A stretch of 64,000 nt of DNA from Christensenella sp. (GTDB lineage: Bacteria; Bacillota; Clostridia; Christensenellales; UBA3700), in contig JALFUR010000010.1 in NCBI GenBank assembly GCA_022784465.1, forward strand, positions 256,856 through 320,855, in the 5' to 3' direction. The position numbers and the translations under genes were made by a program. Below, piece by piece: positions 15,001 through 20,639 of the stretch. Position 1 is the first letter of the stretch; every line of letters begins with the position of its first letter. The notes under the pieces were generated by a model. The model worked only from the letters and a program-made list of their open reading frames with translations, did no database searches and was not told the origin of the DNA.

Positions 15001-17444
15001 TTGTAAAACTTTCCTTCATCATCATTAGACCCTATTCCAGAAGTAGTTATATAATCAAATCCAGCAATTGATGTAAATCCTACCTCCGCTTGAGCCTTTA
15101 CTATAGAAAAAGGAATGGTATATGTAGTATTAATAGCGAAATTGCTAACACCTGTTGTTTCACCCTTTGATATGGTTATAGAATATGACCCAACATTTCT
15201 AATATCCGTAGCAGACATAATAATGTTTAATTCTTCATTATCTATAAGATTAGAATATTCAAGTTTTGTTTCAGGAGATGTTTGACATGCTTTTAACAAC
15301 TCATTAAAATATTTTTTTCCAACTGTTGTAATCCCTGTTTTGTCTGATGTACTTGATGAAGTATATAGCGAATTTGTTGTGTAAATGAAAGAATAATTAG
15401 CTGCTAAACTAACATCCATCGTTACATCTGCAGGTGTTATAGTGATTGTTTTAGAACCAGTAATGGTCTTGTAGTTTGTGAAATTTATTTTATAATAAAC
15501 CACTTTACCACTATCTTTAACATCCGTAATTGTAATTGGACTCGTTTGATATGTTGCTGAGTCTTTAGAATATTGAATAGAAGCATATCCTGATTCTAAT
15601 AAATCTTCAAAATTTTCTGACTCTTTCAATCCTGTAGCCGAAACAGTTATTCCGTGTGGCATTCCATCAAACACATATCTTGTGTCTCTTGAACTATCTA
15701 TTGGCGCGTCCGCTTGTTCCACCACAATGTTAATACTATACGCAACGTTATATACCACATAATAAGAACTCAACAAAACTCCTCCTGTTTTTGATGAATT
15801 ATATATATGAGTACCGACATCTTTAGCATTTAATTCTGTACAATCGTATCCACCTACTTTTGCTGTTTGACCTATACTTGAACCTTCTCTGTATATTTCA
15901 TTGGTTGTAGTGATTCCTGTGTCTTTTTTCCCAATATAAGAACATTTTCCTGTATTAGTAGAGGTCTGTTCCATTGATGAATTAATCGAACTTGTAATTG
16001 CTGTTGTTTGATTAATAACGCCAGCATACATTCCGTTATAAGTATAAGAAACATTCGAGGAAACAGAGCCTTTTGAGATTATAGGAATTGTTCTATCGCC
16101 AACCCCTCCCGCTGCGACTTCTCGTGTATCATATACCGTTGAATTAATAGTCACTGTATCAACGAATTTACCGGTTGTAGCTTGACCTGTTTTTTGTGGA
16201 TCATAACTAGACAATTGTCCAATCCACATTTTCGAATTATCTGAACGGCAAAAACCTATCTCTCCTTCGCTTAAACTGAATGTTGCCGAAACGGAAACTG
16301 TGCTTGATTGCGTTTTTATATCAGCACTTGAAGCGTTTTTAAAAACATTGCTTGTAGATATTGATTTAGCTGTACCTATAAAAGAATTTGCGTTCTTGGT
16401 TCCTTTCATGTTCGTTATAGAAACAGTTCCTGTAAAACTATATATTAATCCGTTAATAGTAACAGCTCCATTATCTTGAGAATAACCAATACAAGCGCCT
16501 AGATGCGCTCTCTCATTTCCTCCTCTCCCTGTACCTTTTGCGCTCACATTTCCAGAACCATTTATCTTTAAATTAGTTATCGATAATGCTGTATCATTTC
16601 TTCCTGCTAATCCCCCACAATAAAAATTAAAGTCTGGGTATATCAACCCAGAACCAGGAGCACCGTTTTGCATTGATAAAGTATTACCCTGGAAATCTAT
16701 TGTCATTTTTGTAATTGTAGTCGATTTTGAACTACTGTTTGAAATCCAACCCGCAAACATAGAAAAGCCACTTTCATGACCACTTGTTGGCCTTTTGCCT
16801 TCTGGCGTTGAATATACAGCATTACACATAAGAGTTACTGAACAATTCTCTAAAGTTGACCCCTTAAATAATCCTGCTACAGCTCCAATATAAGTATCTT
16901 TACCAGTACCGTCTTTTATTTCATGATTTAATTGATATATTACAAATTTTGTATTTTTTATTGTTGCCTCATGTACAACACCAAACATTCCTCCCCAAAA
17001 GCCATCCATATGAGATCCTGATAAATACAATTTAACAGTATGTCCACAACCATCAAAAGTTCCTGAAAAACGCGAGCCGTTGTTCTCAGAACCGCTTTCG
17101 TAATCAACAGGACTTCCTGAAGAACCAATATCAATATCTTCTGTTAAATAATAAGAATTTGAATCTTTAAATCCCCTTTTAGTAGATGAAGAATTCGAAA
17201 TTGGAGTTCCCGTTCCCGTATATCCTGATGGAACAGAACCATCTTCAAGACCATCTCCATTAGAAGCATAACCAATACTACCCTTACTACTAGGACCCCA
17301 AGCAACATTAGATACGTTTGCATCATCTACTGAAACAACATTGTTTGAATTATTTGAAACGTCAAAAGAAAAAACCATAGCACAAGCTATAGCAACAACT
17401 GCTATTATGCATACTATAGAAACAAGTTTTTTCTTTTGAATCAT
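1..17444 (-). CDS. Giant secreted/surface adhesin-like protein (>=5,814 aa in window; C-terminal end runs off the left edge). Contains GLUG-type beta-helix cassettes plus YDG/MBG-like repeats.
   Basis: ATG at 17444 sits 7 nt after AAGGAG. Hand translation gives MIQKKKLVSIVCIIAVVAIACAMVFSFDVSNNS..., and the same frame is still open at nt 3 (...KGNKDDGYFATKQEYAQ). The track lists no ATG-to-stop ORF in this frame, which fits a stop outside the window. Recurrent motifs: FDGxGH/YxI, VGGxxG...G.I.NC, and ITP/ITQ...K.YDGT. Confidence 0.85.
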   Translation of the reverse strand, partial: MIQKKKLVSIVCIIAVVAIACAMVFSFDVSNNSNNVVSVDDANVSNVAWGPSSKGSIGYASNGDGLEDGSVPSGYTGTGTPISNSSSTKRGFKDSNSYYLTEDIDIGSSGSPVDYESGSENNGSRFSGTFDGCGHTVKLYLSGSHMDGFWGGMFGVVHEATIKNTKFVIYQLNHEIKDGTGKDTYIGAVAGLFKGSTLENCSVTLMCNAVYSTPEGKRPTSGHESGFSMFAGWISNSSSKSTTITKMTIDFQGNTLSMQNGAPGSGLIYPDFNFYCGGLAGRNDTALSITNLKINGSGNVSAKGTGRGGNERAHLGACIGYSQDNGAVTINGLIYSFTGTVSITNMKGTKNANSFIGTAKSISTSNVFKNASSADIKTQSSTVSVSATFSLSEGEIGFCRSDNSKMWIGQLSSYDPQKTGQATTGKFVDTVTINSTVYDTREVAAGGVGDRTIPIISKGSVSSNVSYTYNGMYAGVINQTTAITSSINSSMEQTSTNTGKCSYIGKKDTGITTTNEIYREGSSIGQTAKVGGYDCTELNAKDVGTHIYNSSKTGGVLLSSYYVVYNVAYSINIVVEQADAPIDSSRDTRYVFDGMPHGITVSATGLKESENFEDLLESGYASIQYSKDSATYQTSPITITDVKDSGKVVYYKINFTNYKTITGSKTITITPADVTMDVSLAANYSFIYTTNSLYTSSSTSDKTGITTVGKKYFNELLKACQTSPETKLEYSNLIDNEELNIIMSATDIRNVGSYSITISKGETTGVSNFAINTTYTIPFSIVKAQAEVGFTSIAGFDYITTSGIGSNDDEGKFYNFMAQNVPDNQYAQIIDDEAVLWSLFNTFSWSSYYGKAQSSEKISLDTPICTMTYTAVNSDLSSIKDAGEPIQDAGTYIITYTYPVNNNVKKAIYTYTYTINQTTIELSWTGDNQKVYNGVEINPYTRINPFIDPLLVTGIRSVAMEGSRVKIITSDSAIHYVNVAMTNTFLDNQLNSSSVSTILNSGSYTISFSIAETNDLTASSLNNVAYMVTQAKLLITLDDTKTLYDSILDATKVANPTAANPRYYDFIYVNKDARIDSFASDYSKYFTKVSFFNTSGARVASTFSNYLYIQDIQYVSSSDSVTSATSYVIKYAWKSGVDSLYINNYSLGSSSDASSINYITTGASRNTSTDQDGVQGITGYDYGEDAVPREGIAFVRILIIPVSSTTGGNDYNTSKDRFNSMSINVIDPGSKSNVAIFDFIYSRYYDRTTYSQTTTYKLAANITFNTTYNGSRILPSYKTIDGNGHGIYNYYLGNTSDKHSSNAGIENVGYSETTVGYTSDYLKFTNDEFRGYASVNGEKYYGVGMLLAVNYGTLQNIFLYTYMDVQPRSTTELGQYQDIKQYVNGYPYANTSIGNVVGINKGIIGTKDGTIKPVEVYQGREQKIYGDPSYKLSYGLIAGSNDGTMQYIYVNTPDTVTNSWIQTSSYKKESQYPSTLVTGSALSAYFGLYTGINDTNGIIQNTSYTSPYKGESGLDIPADKNYYSITKKDTIKSMVILAKNSNTTIEKYAFQTGATTQYMGGVTGYNLGKIHDTSITNQGVFASTGSKNSYLGGIAGYNKGNGDDISGVIQNCSFRNEGTLIAGADDIAMNSYAVGGIAGVTSSGYISNCGFTNVAGALLNAKSSKGSDNGLYVGGLIGVGCEEGTVDATNPMKHNGDTIGVGKLLDCTSFNFASIGANWGSWGYIAGRYNTILYGSDGSQPASDTNSYTYVHRYGNLIWYTSNTPQKEDGSYYQKQIFDGIAGIMGTNTGLGNGSDNVYISGIAGIGIADCGDGAVGSAMLNSISLSGDTITVGYKGPNTLGYTGYQGMDATIELEDGTQKPVKINNKDYETSLSSNGKFTFSAQDANAIIYSTKNPATTCDVLVRLYVLINNEAEYKSFMGDSETASAKGEYNNYIYCAGYGILSANLVVDSNQKNNDLATNIVLNYKKTLRGRSFNFSSYNSTERVFEDGDTSYTITYTWGKDDATVNYGTLAQVSNGTNTIDVNAVGNVVGRNEGIIEYMTIVVDPTYNAGNSNRHQSITIQAGTNVAFGVLCGINQGILRNNKVSIGCNYGAKVVSSSGTTLGLVGGLCGLNDRGSVINNEVSYVTSINHGNVGKIYVASTSYETTALSYGVVGGAIGVTNGGIVKGLTVKGLGSVHTNKTLFTYSNVGGAVGYMPLVDNLGLASFTLLKVEELGAEKDSISGINVALTGGVECWNSVRGGSGLVFGKCITSMNQANADLVARIFKAHITAVCLGDVDAFQVSGRYENSLYGVVEDYSKDQSATLNREKHDMAKATNRIVLQDGSEYGQGYEALTSGLEVTCSNYIMTGFKITLNWASTTSHVAPEQLASQNISCTPTVGDTGLTLTGLSRASSAVGYYYVFNIQYSVNIAGENISYNNLNALKDSPIINFVAGRGNLPLYAGATTGNLQGDVVYDKKVTSTIEMTSRKTLNGGGHYFISYWIGDTDNQIAGLTEDSGGSAAGNNLISNVGEYPKWYEGTNGETSVRIYGISDFISINRGTINNLKVKTRDSANQHYYKGLIGNGANVAYGSFCGVNLGIINNCSVELNSPTVFTYESQEATCDLLVSPGVGINRGSIDGFNIKMENTYTITGFAKNVTIGGAVALNGVGSSLKNAEVTINGSFNRNVITYDSSSNLLKDNLTGAVVFGGIVGVNDGGAVQYTKISGSGTINVSNPGYELYGTQDVEGKDENGNTIIVQEQVRILYEDTKFMFFAMGIAISNNIEGTTPEIAGHAIHDCVDGTTNKVHDMIIQFNGNMFYTLAGKYMLGLAFAKASSKSAETTSSPAYKNIFITSDYSSYSELLNEGGYRQDGLYQGYVIGAGLPFMGHVDSVVTGNTSFVYGGRVEVNADYSLGFGSNENGNLIIQTNDANISRLDYAYIEEMPLSTIIKTYTQDNTSYLSFAKASDTGYVTLTLKPAFLNEVFNNNGYLTQIEIEYYFPTVLITDIFQLMQYMKYNPSNSSSDVKTGFVEAYKAQIAKVFTSEKQFIKGSKEYGVSWASNDATTISALNQCGYTDSDIYTYDSTHLLLVEKYKCADGSIVSYYAALKAELGVDLILNKYTYNSTSIDVNIGWNSTQYFEFNSEKTLDGKGYSVTIVANTFAQQMVMLSDVAHTPSVDVESYLAGGFVGVNRGIIKNVNFKFKEGSVLTIANSDYSAPDLERSIFVGVVCAYSSGKIDNCTLTMEDNTQVYVYKRDIPTNWTTWPSNNSKYTTNLLGAFTGLLGKGSTISNCTLTMGDNSILIMNSRGSTNGGGSRGSIFNYVGGFAGMMLHNSYMYNLKIEGSASSLLGAVGCTDDSGTFNDFHAATGGVIGCNSSSSTWNPKGLGSGTIDGVIFNWKGACLNTTWYNAGWGGSTVGGNRSKMTVTYYGGSCIGVTDDGASTNFYYTFDISTFGKDYTTDFTNGISKGSGIYIHNNGGTNNTTGAYYPAKEKLAKFVSSMTYYTYNGSSYVKVENPTEAQFNSGAYYTTRTYLLNLNYGGGNIIDSTNKYAICFSDILESATASSSKIPTKTLRVFEMTNENVIGTGLKFDYEQYTTSSTADVYKGISNFSDGGAYTELTTLGDALKWADKTIGSDIKCEFEVQSEDTSAIMWSINIYGATSEGNKLMTSKNTVTEIPVYRFASSIENAKEYKKFNYQIQRGEGDGMRLYYCTGNAAILSPDKNYYSNEYDKDITTYHPLKAVMYDGKTDASNVAVEIYNQNGQSITRLSSSIASNIFATAKANGNIKTTYYVKNAKGEYVESAASEELKKIGSYKVQYDIYAKDNEGNIINPNAYVSKDYRTEFFSSDGKGANSIGLVESYVIFIVIAPISIYVTSIQKFYDGSDAIHYEYGTNSVNSSKVEATIDHTFTYVASEANPTISNNSQGGISLSTNSSIKLTIDGKYDSPEVGDRTATINMGGNITYSIYEKRDIGWVEKIVTAYYVKDKSGTTNAYFTLYELSQKVGEATIDNPKEYYYYNGDLTNGFAMSSKDAGRVVRINQANAPTIEATFADLLRKYTGYNIALGAELSDYIKVTDSYGQVLDTSKLITSGELTITIKEITIKDVKEEGYSVEVEIKYVGSNMATASCTKTIKVYVTPAEIKVDRVIKEYDKTTATTNATFVVSGLLGADTNTGIEATYANANVGTGIVVNITTTAITIQGTQYNTLFGNYYLSSKTPNVGTITPAGANVLNAYKTYDGGTTLSYTSSGTTQASSTLVTSEKGEVLNYKLSGEYSSNQVGQCSLNVSLEKFDYIDAAGSPVSLYRIKDSGVATNYCIKNANSTSYSVSNIAYIVPAPVSIGYVVKEYDGTTALGTFESITGLISTDSSIKSFDGEYASKDVVYSSGAYNNIKLKASSYTYKYNNGSSVVDATVYRLLQGGTASNYMLNLSDAGVSVGETCTITGKGVIIPKLITLTNVTKVYDGKYRFDSSDKNVTATFNIDGAEVTTYYITGKMSGKDATNGTNLYDVILENSGSYIDYTPFIYDGIEYVWLTNAMNSEHNYRLADTTIPGVGDVTTRRIDIVTGSTTSDGALSKLGFTKQGVDVYVANGTDYLAGQTYGTSNFIATLLWNGQTAKLSNGSVTIDGTTMTFSLDKTVTNAGTHTFTISMTSSQQNFEFTNSTFSFTIRKQTISDSSKVSAVLSNISKVYDGTSSLSSISMGSLTNVKAVVNALSGTDTVSFTSYSITSSGGINNSGITMANSSGYINAGTYTPTLSVSISASTSNYTFSGKISNIYASSGSTTKTSYTITQRALTVSGTFEKEFDGSTKGLRVNGVAGEVLVLSYSSSDIKLLPGEYTGNATYTIDDIDVTSAQNKTSVIGNYTVSSSTITIKIGEAKVALERQYSSTNANVNYFAIKLALLNLKSLQLFVDETCTAQMLNSFIESKALSEENAAAIKAAVAKYFVLNVNDSPLWSVMTASQIKDIVLYAQQISEEESVYTLEISIDASQNIDLETYTDRIAAVMYDNSKSGASTLEEKYCSNISVSSSELAEGQFSGVYTSNEAYTAISTPDELKSFLATSGTGYLTNNIYGFDNASTIGTTFSGKLYGNGYTITLNGGLNQGETNSAFFVAVNAGTIQDVNFKFVSTSIISKDIKTPVAVIAGTNSGKILNCSLDMAKDIAVEEGSSIASFAGFAIENTNIIENVAITYSTSIATAFSGIAASATASSTINYIAVRENKYVVKTFGENVNAIGANIQCTIAYAIDAILTTHTNATATITKLYGDSNTKLSMFSETYTNGYIDYYFSAKGKYTTNGYLHNVYETETDANKTYYYGYDSSAESYRVAIETIAPLNRFIWEAYDANYLTYGTSLNRTVALFNLDVTLQDSADTAECELNSTITFITSTKQGDKTIWVTIFNPAIGIIAEAVISGNVDTIQEYEYTGSTISASFTATIGDEEKVLTISGTEVGVYTEYFEESNKEVSSTSREFDASTRTAKILSSSSGTGSATIMLIITPKTINNAPTLEKQYDSTTIAETAIDTTGDGVNDIYAIGAYSSAAVGEGYSVSYNSYTRPVAAQLVNGEYKFIICYLSGVDSETGKKIYTVKYSTLTSKTNITSLSISALAREYNQLVTYEYLDQLEKSQNVIMNYNELSGVTSVSNLTTAYVYDLAFKYTTNNGKVTYSESGIYYAYTMFNVSLDRNAAKTINANYKWAYSEYAFTGTTLLVSGSETQQTSISNNVSTNGGKITQRTITATYSNLNQSYRKQLSAITVEVAEVSELTNIPYSLTTDQYTQLIAAINNELKGANFNADVLGATISEKGQEIIKGNKDDGYFATKQEYAQ

Positions 17445-17649
17445 GTGCGCTCCTTATATATAAATATATATATAATATAAATATAACGCGCAAAGTATAC
17501 AATAGGTAGTCGTTTTTTTATACAAAATATAGCCGTTTTTAATCTTCATTTTACTTAGCGCCTTAAACTTTCCTTAAAGATTTTTAAGGGTTAAATCAAA
17601 TTTAATTTTCATTTAATTTTTACGCCACGAAAACATAGATAGAATCGAG

Positions 17650-17694
17650 AAAATAAGGCAATTTTTCTTTGCCAAAAATTGGTCAATTTTTGCC
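17650..17694 (-). terminator. Weak tandem hairpins between the fibre operon and the giant adhesin gene (possible leaky terminator)
   Basis: On the minus strand: CAAAAA/UUUUUG hairpin, then GGCAA-AGAAAAA-UUGCC followed by UUAUUUUCU. Stems are short and AT-rich. Confidence 0.35.
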
Positions 17695-17703
17695 TTTAAA
17701 TCA

Positions 17704-18321
17704 TTAAGAGGCAGAATTAATAATTTCCGTTCCTATTGTAAATGAGATTTGAGTTGAACTTAAAGTCTCAGGAAATAACTCCTCAGATAGATCAAATTTA
17801 ACAAAGCACAAAATATAACCAGTGCCATTTGTAATGTTATTTATAGAAATATAGTTTGTTCCGCTAGAAGGCTTTATCCATGTTGATGGCTCGCCTTTTG
17901 CGTCTGTTGAAAAATTAAAAGAGCTATCCTTTATAATAAAGCTATAGCTTAAATTTTCATTTAAATAACTTACATAATTAGAATCTAAATTATAAGCGTT
18001 TCTTTTATAGTTAACGCCTGTAATATAAAATTTAACATTAATAGGTGTTGAAGAGGTAGATATATATTTTAGGCAATACACTCCATATATTCCGTTGTCT
18101 CCAGTAACCGCCTCATAATTATCTACATTTGGATTAGTAGCAGCAGGAGAAAATCCTGTGGATTTATCTCCTATTACTAAAGATAAAACCGAGCCGGTTT
18201 CACTGGTAATTTTAAAAGTAAAATCTACTTGTCCTGCGGAATAAAAGGCAAATGTTGTTCCGCTTAAAGCGGCTAGAACAACAATTAGCATTAATATAAT
18301 TACTATTCCGCTTTTTTTCAC
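17704..18321 (-). CDS. Small secreted protein with SipW/TasA-class signal peptide (205 aa); minor fibre subunit candidate
   Basis: N-terminus MKKSGIVIILMLIVVLAALSGTTFAFYSAGQ (K-rich n-region, hydrophobic core, GTxFAFYS motif). GTG start overlaps the upstream TGA stop (GTGA). AAGGAG lies 8 nt upstream. Confidence 0.6.
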   Translation of the reverse strand: MKKSGIVIILMLIVVLAALSGTTFAFYSAGQVDFTFKITSETGSVLSLVIGDKSTGFSPAATNPNVDNYEAVTGDNGIYGVYCLKYISTSSTPINVKFYITGVNYKRNAYNLDSNYVSYLNENLSYSFIIKDSSFNFSTDAKGEPSTWIKPSSGTNYISINNITNGTGYILCFVKFDLSEELFPETLSSTQISFTIGTEIINSAS

Positions 18322-18971
18322 TCTTCGCTCCTTGTTATTGTTGCATTTACATAATTGCCCGACTCTTTTTTCTTTATTGTCATTGTTCCAATAAGTGCAT
18401 TTGTCGTAACTTTTGGAACAGTCTCACTATCTATATAAACAGTTTCAAGTTGCGGACATCCCGAAAAAGATGTTCCTAAAATTTCACTTACGCTACTTGG
18501 TATTACTATACTTTTTATCAAAGAAAACGACTCCATATATTCTGCAGATTTAATATTTATTTTTGTAACAGACAAATTCTTTGTCGTTCCAGATATGTAC
18601 CAATTAATACTTGCAGGTACTACTAAATCCTCGTATTCACCCATAGAGCCTGTATACCCAATTAAAGATACGCTAGTAAAACTTGTACTCTCCACCGTAG
18701 GAACTACTTCATCGCTATATAATTGAAACCCAATAAAAGCATTATTTTCGCTTGAATACTTCAAATAGTAATTTCCCTCGCTATAGTTAGCTTGGAAAAT
18801 CATGTACTTATATGTTGTATTGCTAACTGTAATTACAGGTGAATCCTGCCCTTCAATATTTATCGAAGGATTGCCACCCCAGAACGCAACGGCAGTAGAG
18901 GTAACTGCAATTACTATAATTGCAATTGTAAGAGAATAAACTATTAACAATTTAGTGCTAGTTTTTTTCAT
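18318..18971 (-). CDS. Small secreted protein (217 aa) with SipW-class signal peptide and a short BspA-type leucine-rich-repeat segment
   Basis: N-terminus MKKTSTKLLIVYSLTIAIIVIAVTSTAVAFWGGN. The C-terminal half has IKSIVIPSSVSEILGTSFSGCPQLETVYI, matching the pattern IPxSVxxIGxxAFxxCxxLxxIxI. Start overlaps the upstream stop by 1 nt (TAATG). Confidence 0.6.
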   Translation of the reverse strand: MKKTSTKLLIVYSLTIAIIVIAVTSTAVAFWGGNPSINIEGQDSPVITVSNTTYKYMIFQANYSEGNYYLKYSSENNAFIGFQLYSDEVVPTVESTSFTSVSLIGYTGSMGEYEDLVVPASINWYISGTTKNLSVTKINIKSAEYMESFSLIKSIVIPSSVSEILGTSFSGCPQLETVYIDSETVPKVTTNALIGTMTIKKKESGNYVNATITRSEE

Positions 18972-19801
18972 TATTTAATCTCCGCTGCTAAATAAAACAT
19001 ATATGTTGATCCCTGGTAATAAGGACTGCTAAACGCAAAAGGCTTGTTAAATATTTTGTCGGTAGAGTTATATCCGCAAAAGCCAATATATATTCCTACA
19101 TAGTTTTGCGTTCCAGCATTGGATACTTCTTTTTCATATTCAAGTCCTATGCCGCTTATTTTTGCGCTTGTGTATCCTGTGCCATTTCTTACGACTTTAC
19201 TTTCTGCACTTTTCCAATAATCAAACTCGAAACAATTAGTAACATAGGCTTCACCGATTACTATATGTGTTACTTTGTTATTTGTATTATCCCAAACAAC
19301 ATAGAAACTACTTGCACCTTCACCTGTAGGATACGAATCTACGCTATTTGAATAAAACCTTGTATCTTCTCCAACTGCTGTAGTATTCATAATTGCCGCA
19401 ATATCGGCAATTGCCTCAGATAAAGAGCGCGAATAAGAAGCCCCAAGTTCAATTATTACTTTGCTTAACTTTATATAAAATGTTACATTCGTTGGCGCTT
19501 GCGCCCTATATGGAAAATTTATGTCTATTGAATATAGATAATCTGCCTCACTCTCACCATAAGGCTCTCCTGTAGATTTAAAACCTTCCTGTCCTCTATA
19601 TGGATCGACACTAAAATCTTTACTTAAATCATAATCTGTTTTAGATTCTGTTCCTGTTCCTAAAACAACTACGGTTGGAGTTCCTGATTCCATATCAAGA
19701 ATCAAGGACGCCGTCATGGAATCAGAGAACCACGCATACGTACTTAATAATGCTATAAATAGCACTATTATTACTAATATGGGTGCCACTCTCTTTTCCA
19801 T
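18971..19801 (-). CDS. Secreted protein (276 aa) with SipW/TasA-class signal peptide; fibre subunit candidate
   Basis: N-terminus MEKRVAPILVIIVLFIALLSTYAWFSDSMTAS (YAWFSD matches the SipW-cognate signal-peptide class). Tightly packed in the operon, 9 nt after the upstream gene. Confidence 0.6.
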   Translation of the reverse strand: MEKRVAPILVIIVLFIALLSTYAWFSDSMTASLILDMESGTPTVVVLGTGTESKTDYDLSKDFSVDPYRGQEGFKSTGEPYGESEADYLYSIDINFPYRAQAPTNVTFYIKLSKVIIELGASYSRSLSEAIADIAAIMNTTAVGEDTRFYSNSVDSYPTGEGASSFYVVWDNTNNKVTHIVIGEAYVTNCFEFDYWKSAESKVVRNGTGYTSAKISGIGLEYEKEVSNAGTQNYVGIYIGFCGYNSTDKIFNKPFAFSSPYYQGSTYMFYLAAEIK

Positions 19802-19810
19802 TAAGAATAA

Positions 19811-20626
19811 TCATTCTCCTTTTTCTTCGCTGTTTGCAGGAGCACTAGGAGCATCTTGAATACTATCCTCTTTTTTTGCATTTAACATTGCAAGATACTC
19901 TTCAATTGCCTTTTTCTTTATTTCTTCCTCGTCTAATGGCTTATCTACTCCGGCCAATTCTTTTAATATTGATGCTTTTACATCTTCTAAGTCTTGCTTG
20001 CTCTTTTCTTCTATTCTCTTAATCCTTGCATTTACAATTGCACGTATAAACACAATCACATTATAAATAAGTAGGGCCGCAAGCGGAATAACAACTGCCC
20101 ACAAAAAGTTAGTTGCATCTTGGAACCATCTAATGAATTTACCAACTTTTGGTATTACCTTTACAACTTTTCCTTGAATAGTTCCCTCAAGATATCTGAT
20201 GTCCTTACCTTCGGCTTCTGCATCTCCCTTTGTATAATAATATTGAACATCTAAATCTTCCCTATATTCAACTTTTGTAATTCTGTGGGTAATCCACGCG
20301 CTTTCACCATTTACAATTCCCCTATAGATAACTACATCTCCAACTTCTAAGTTGCGTTTTTCCTCGTCTGTTAAACTTTTAATAATTACTAAATCGTCAA
20401 TTGCAAAAGATTTTATCTTGTACCTGTCTTCGTTTCCATCCATGGAAGCAGATAAAACAACTGTTAAATTATATCCATCCCCCAATTCTTTATTAGTTAC
20501 TTTAGATCCGGTAATAACAGCAATAGATAGCACAATCGAAGCAATGATAATCATTATTTCAATAACCATAACCACTATATTAACGATTTTTTTAGTCTTA
20601 CTTTCCGGCTTATTATTCTTTGCCAT
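19811..20626 (-). CDS. sipW: Signal peptidase I, SipW (archaeal/ER) type, paralog 2, with C-terminal TM segment and charged cytoplasmic tail
   Basis: N-terminal TM, catalytic-Ser box VVLSASMDG, GDVVIY, His box ITHRITKV, second TM (FLWAVVIPLAALLIYNVIVFI), K/E-rich tail. AAGGAGA RBS. Confidence 0.7.
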   Translation of the reverse strand: MAKNNKPESKTKKIVNIVVMVIEIMIIIASIVLSIAVITGSKVTNKELGDGYNLTVVLSASMDGNEDRYKIKSFAIDDLVIIKSLTDEEKRNLEVGDVVIYRGIVNGESAWITHRITKVEYREDLDVQYYYTKGDAEAEGKDIRYLEGTIQGKVVKVIPKVGKFIRWFQDATNFLWAVVIPLAALLIYNVIVFIRAIVNARIKRIEEKSKQDLEDVKASILKELAGVDKPLDEEEIKKKAIEEYLAMLNAKKEDSIQDAPSAPANSEEKGE

Positions 20627-20639
20627 TTTTTACTTCTCC

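Noticed and set aside
778-17326. Sixteen short ORFs in the track across the first 17.4 kb. Thirteen are on the plus strand (e.g. 778..1224, 2407..2799, 7222..7527, 12253..12678). Three are out-of-frame on the minus strand (2276..2461, 15872..16054, 17144..17326).
   Set aside because: All lie inside, and antisense to or out of frame with, the uninterrupted 17.4-kb minus-strand frame. Their translations are low-complexity (P/S/L/I-rich) mirror images of a T/G/N/Y-rich protein, and they have no RBSs.
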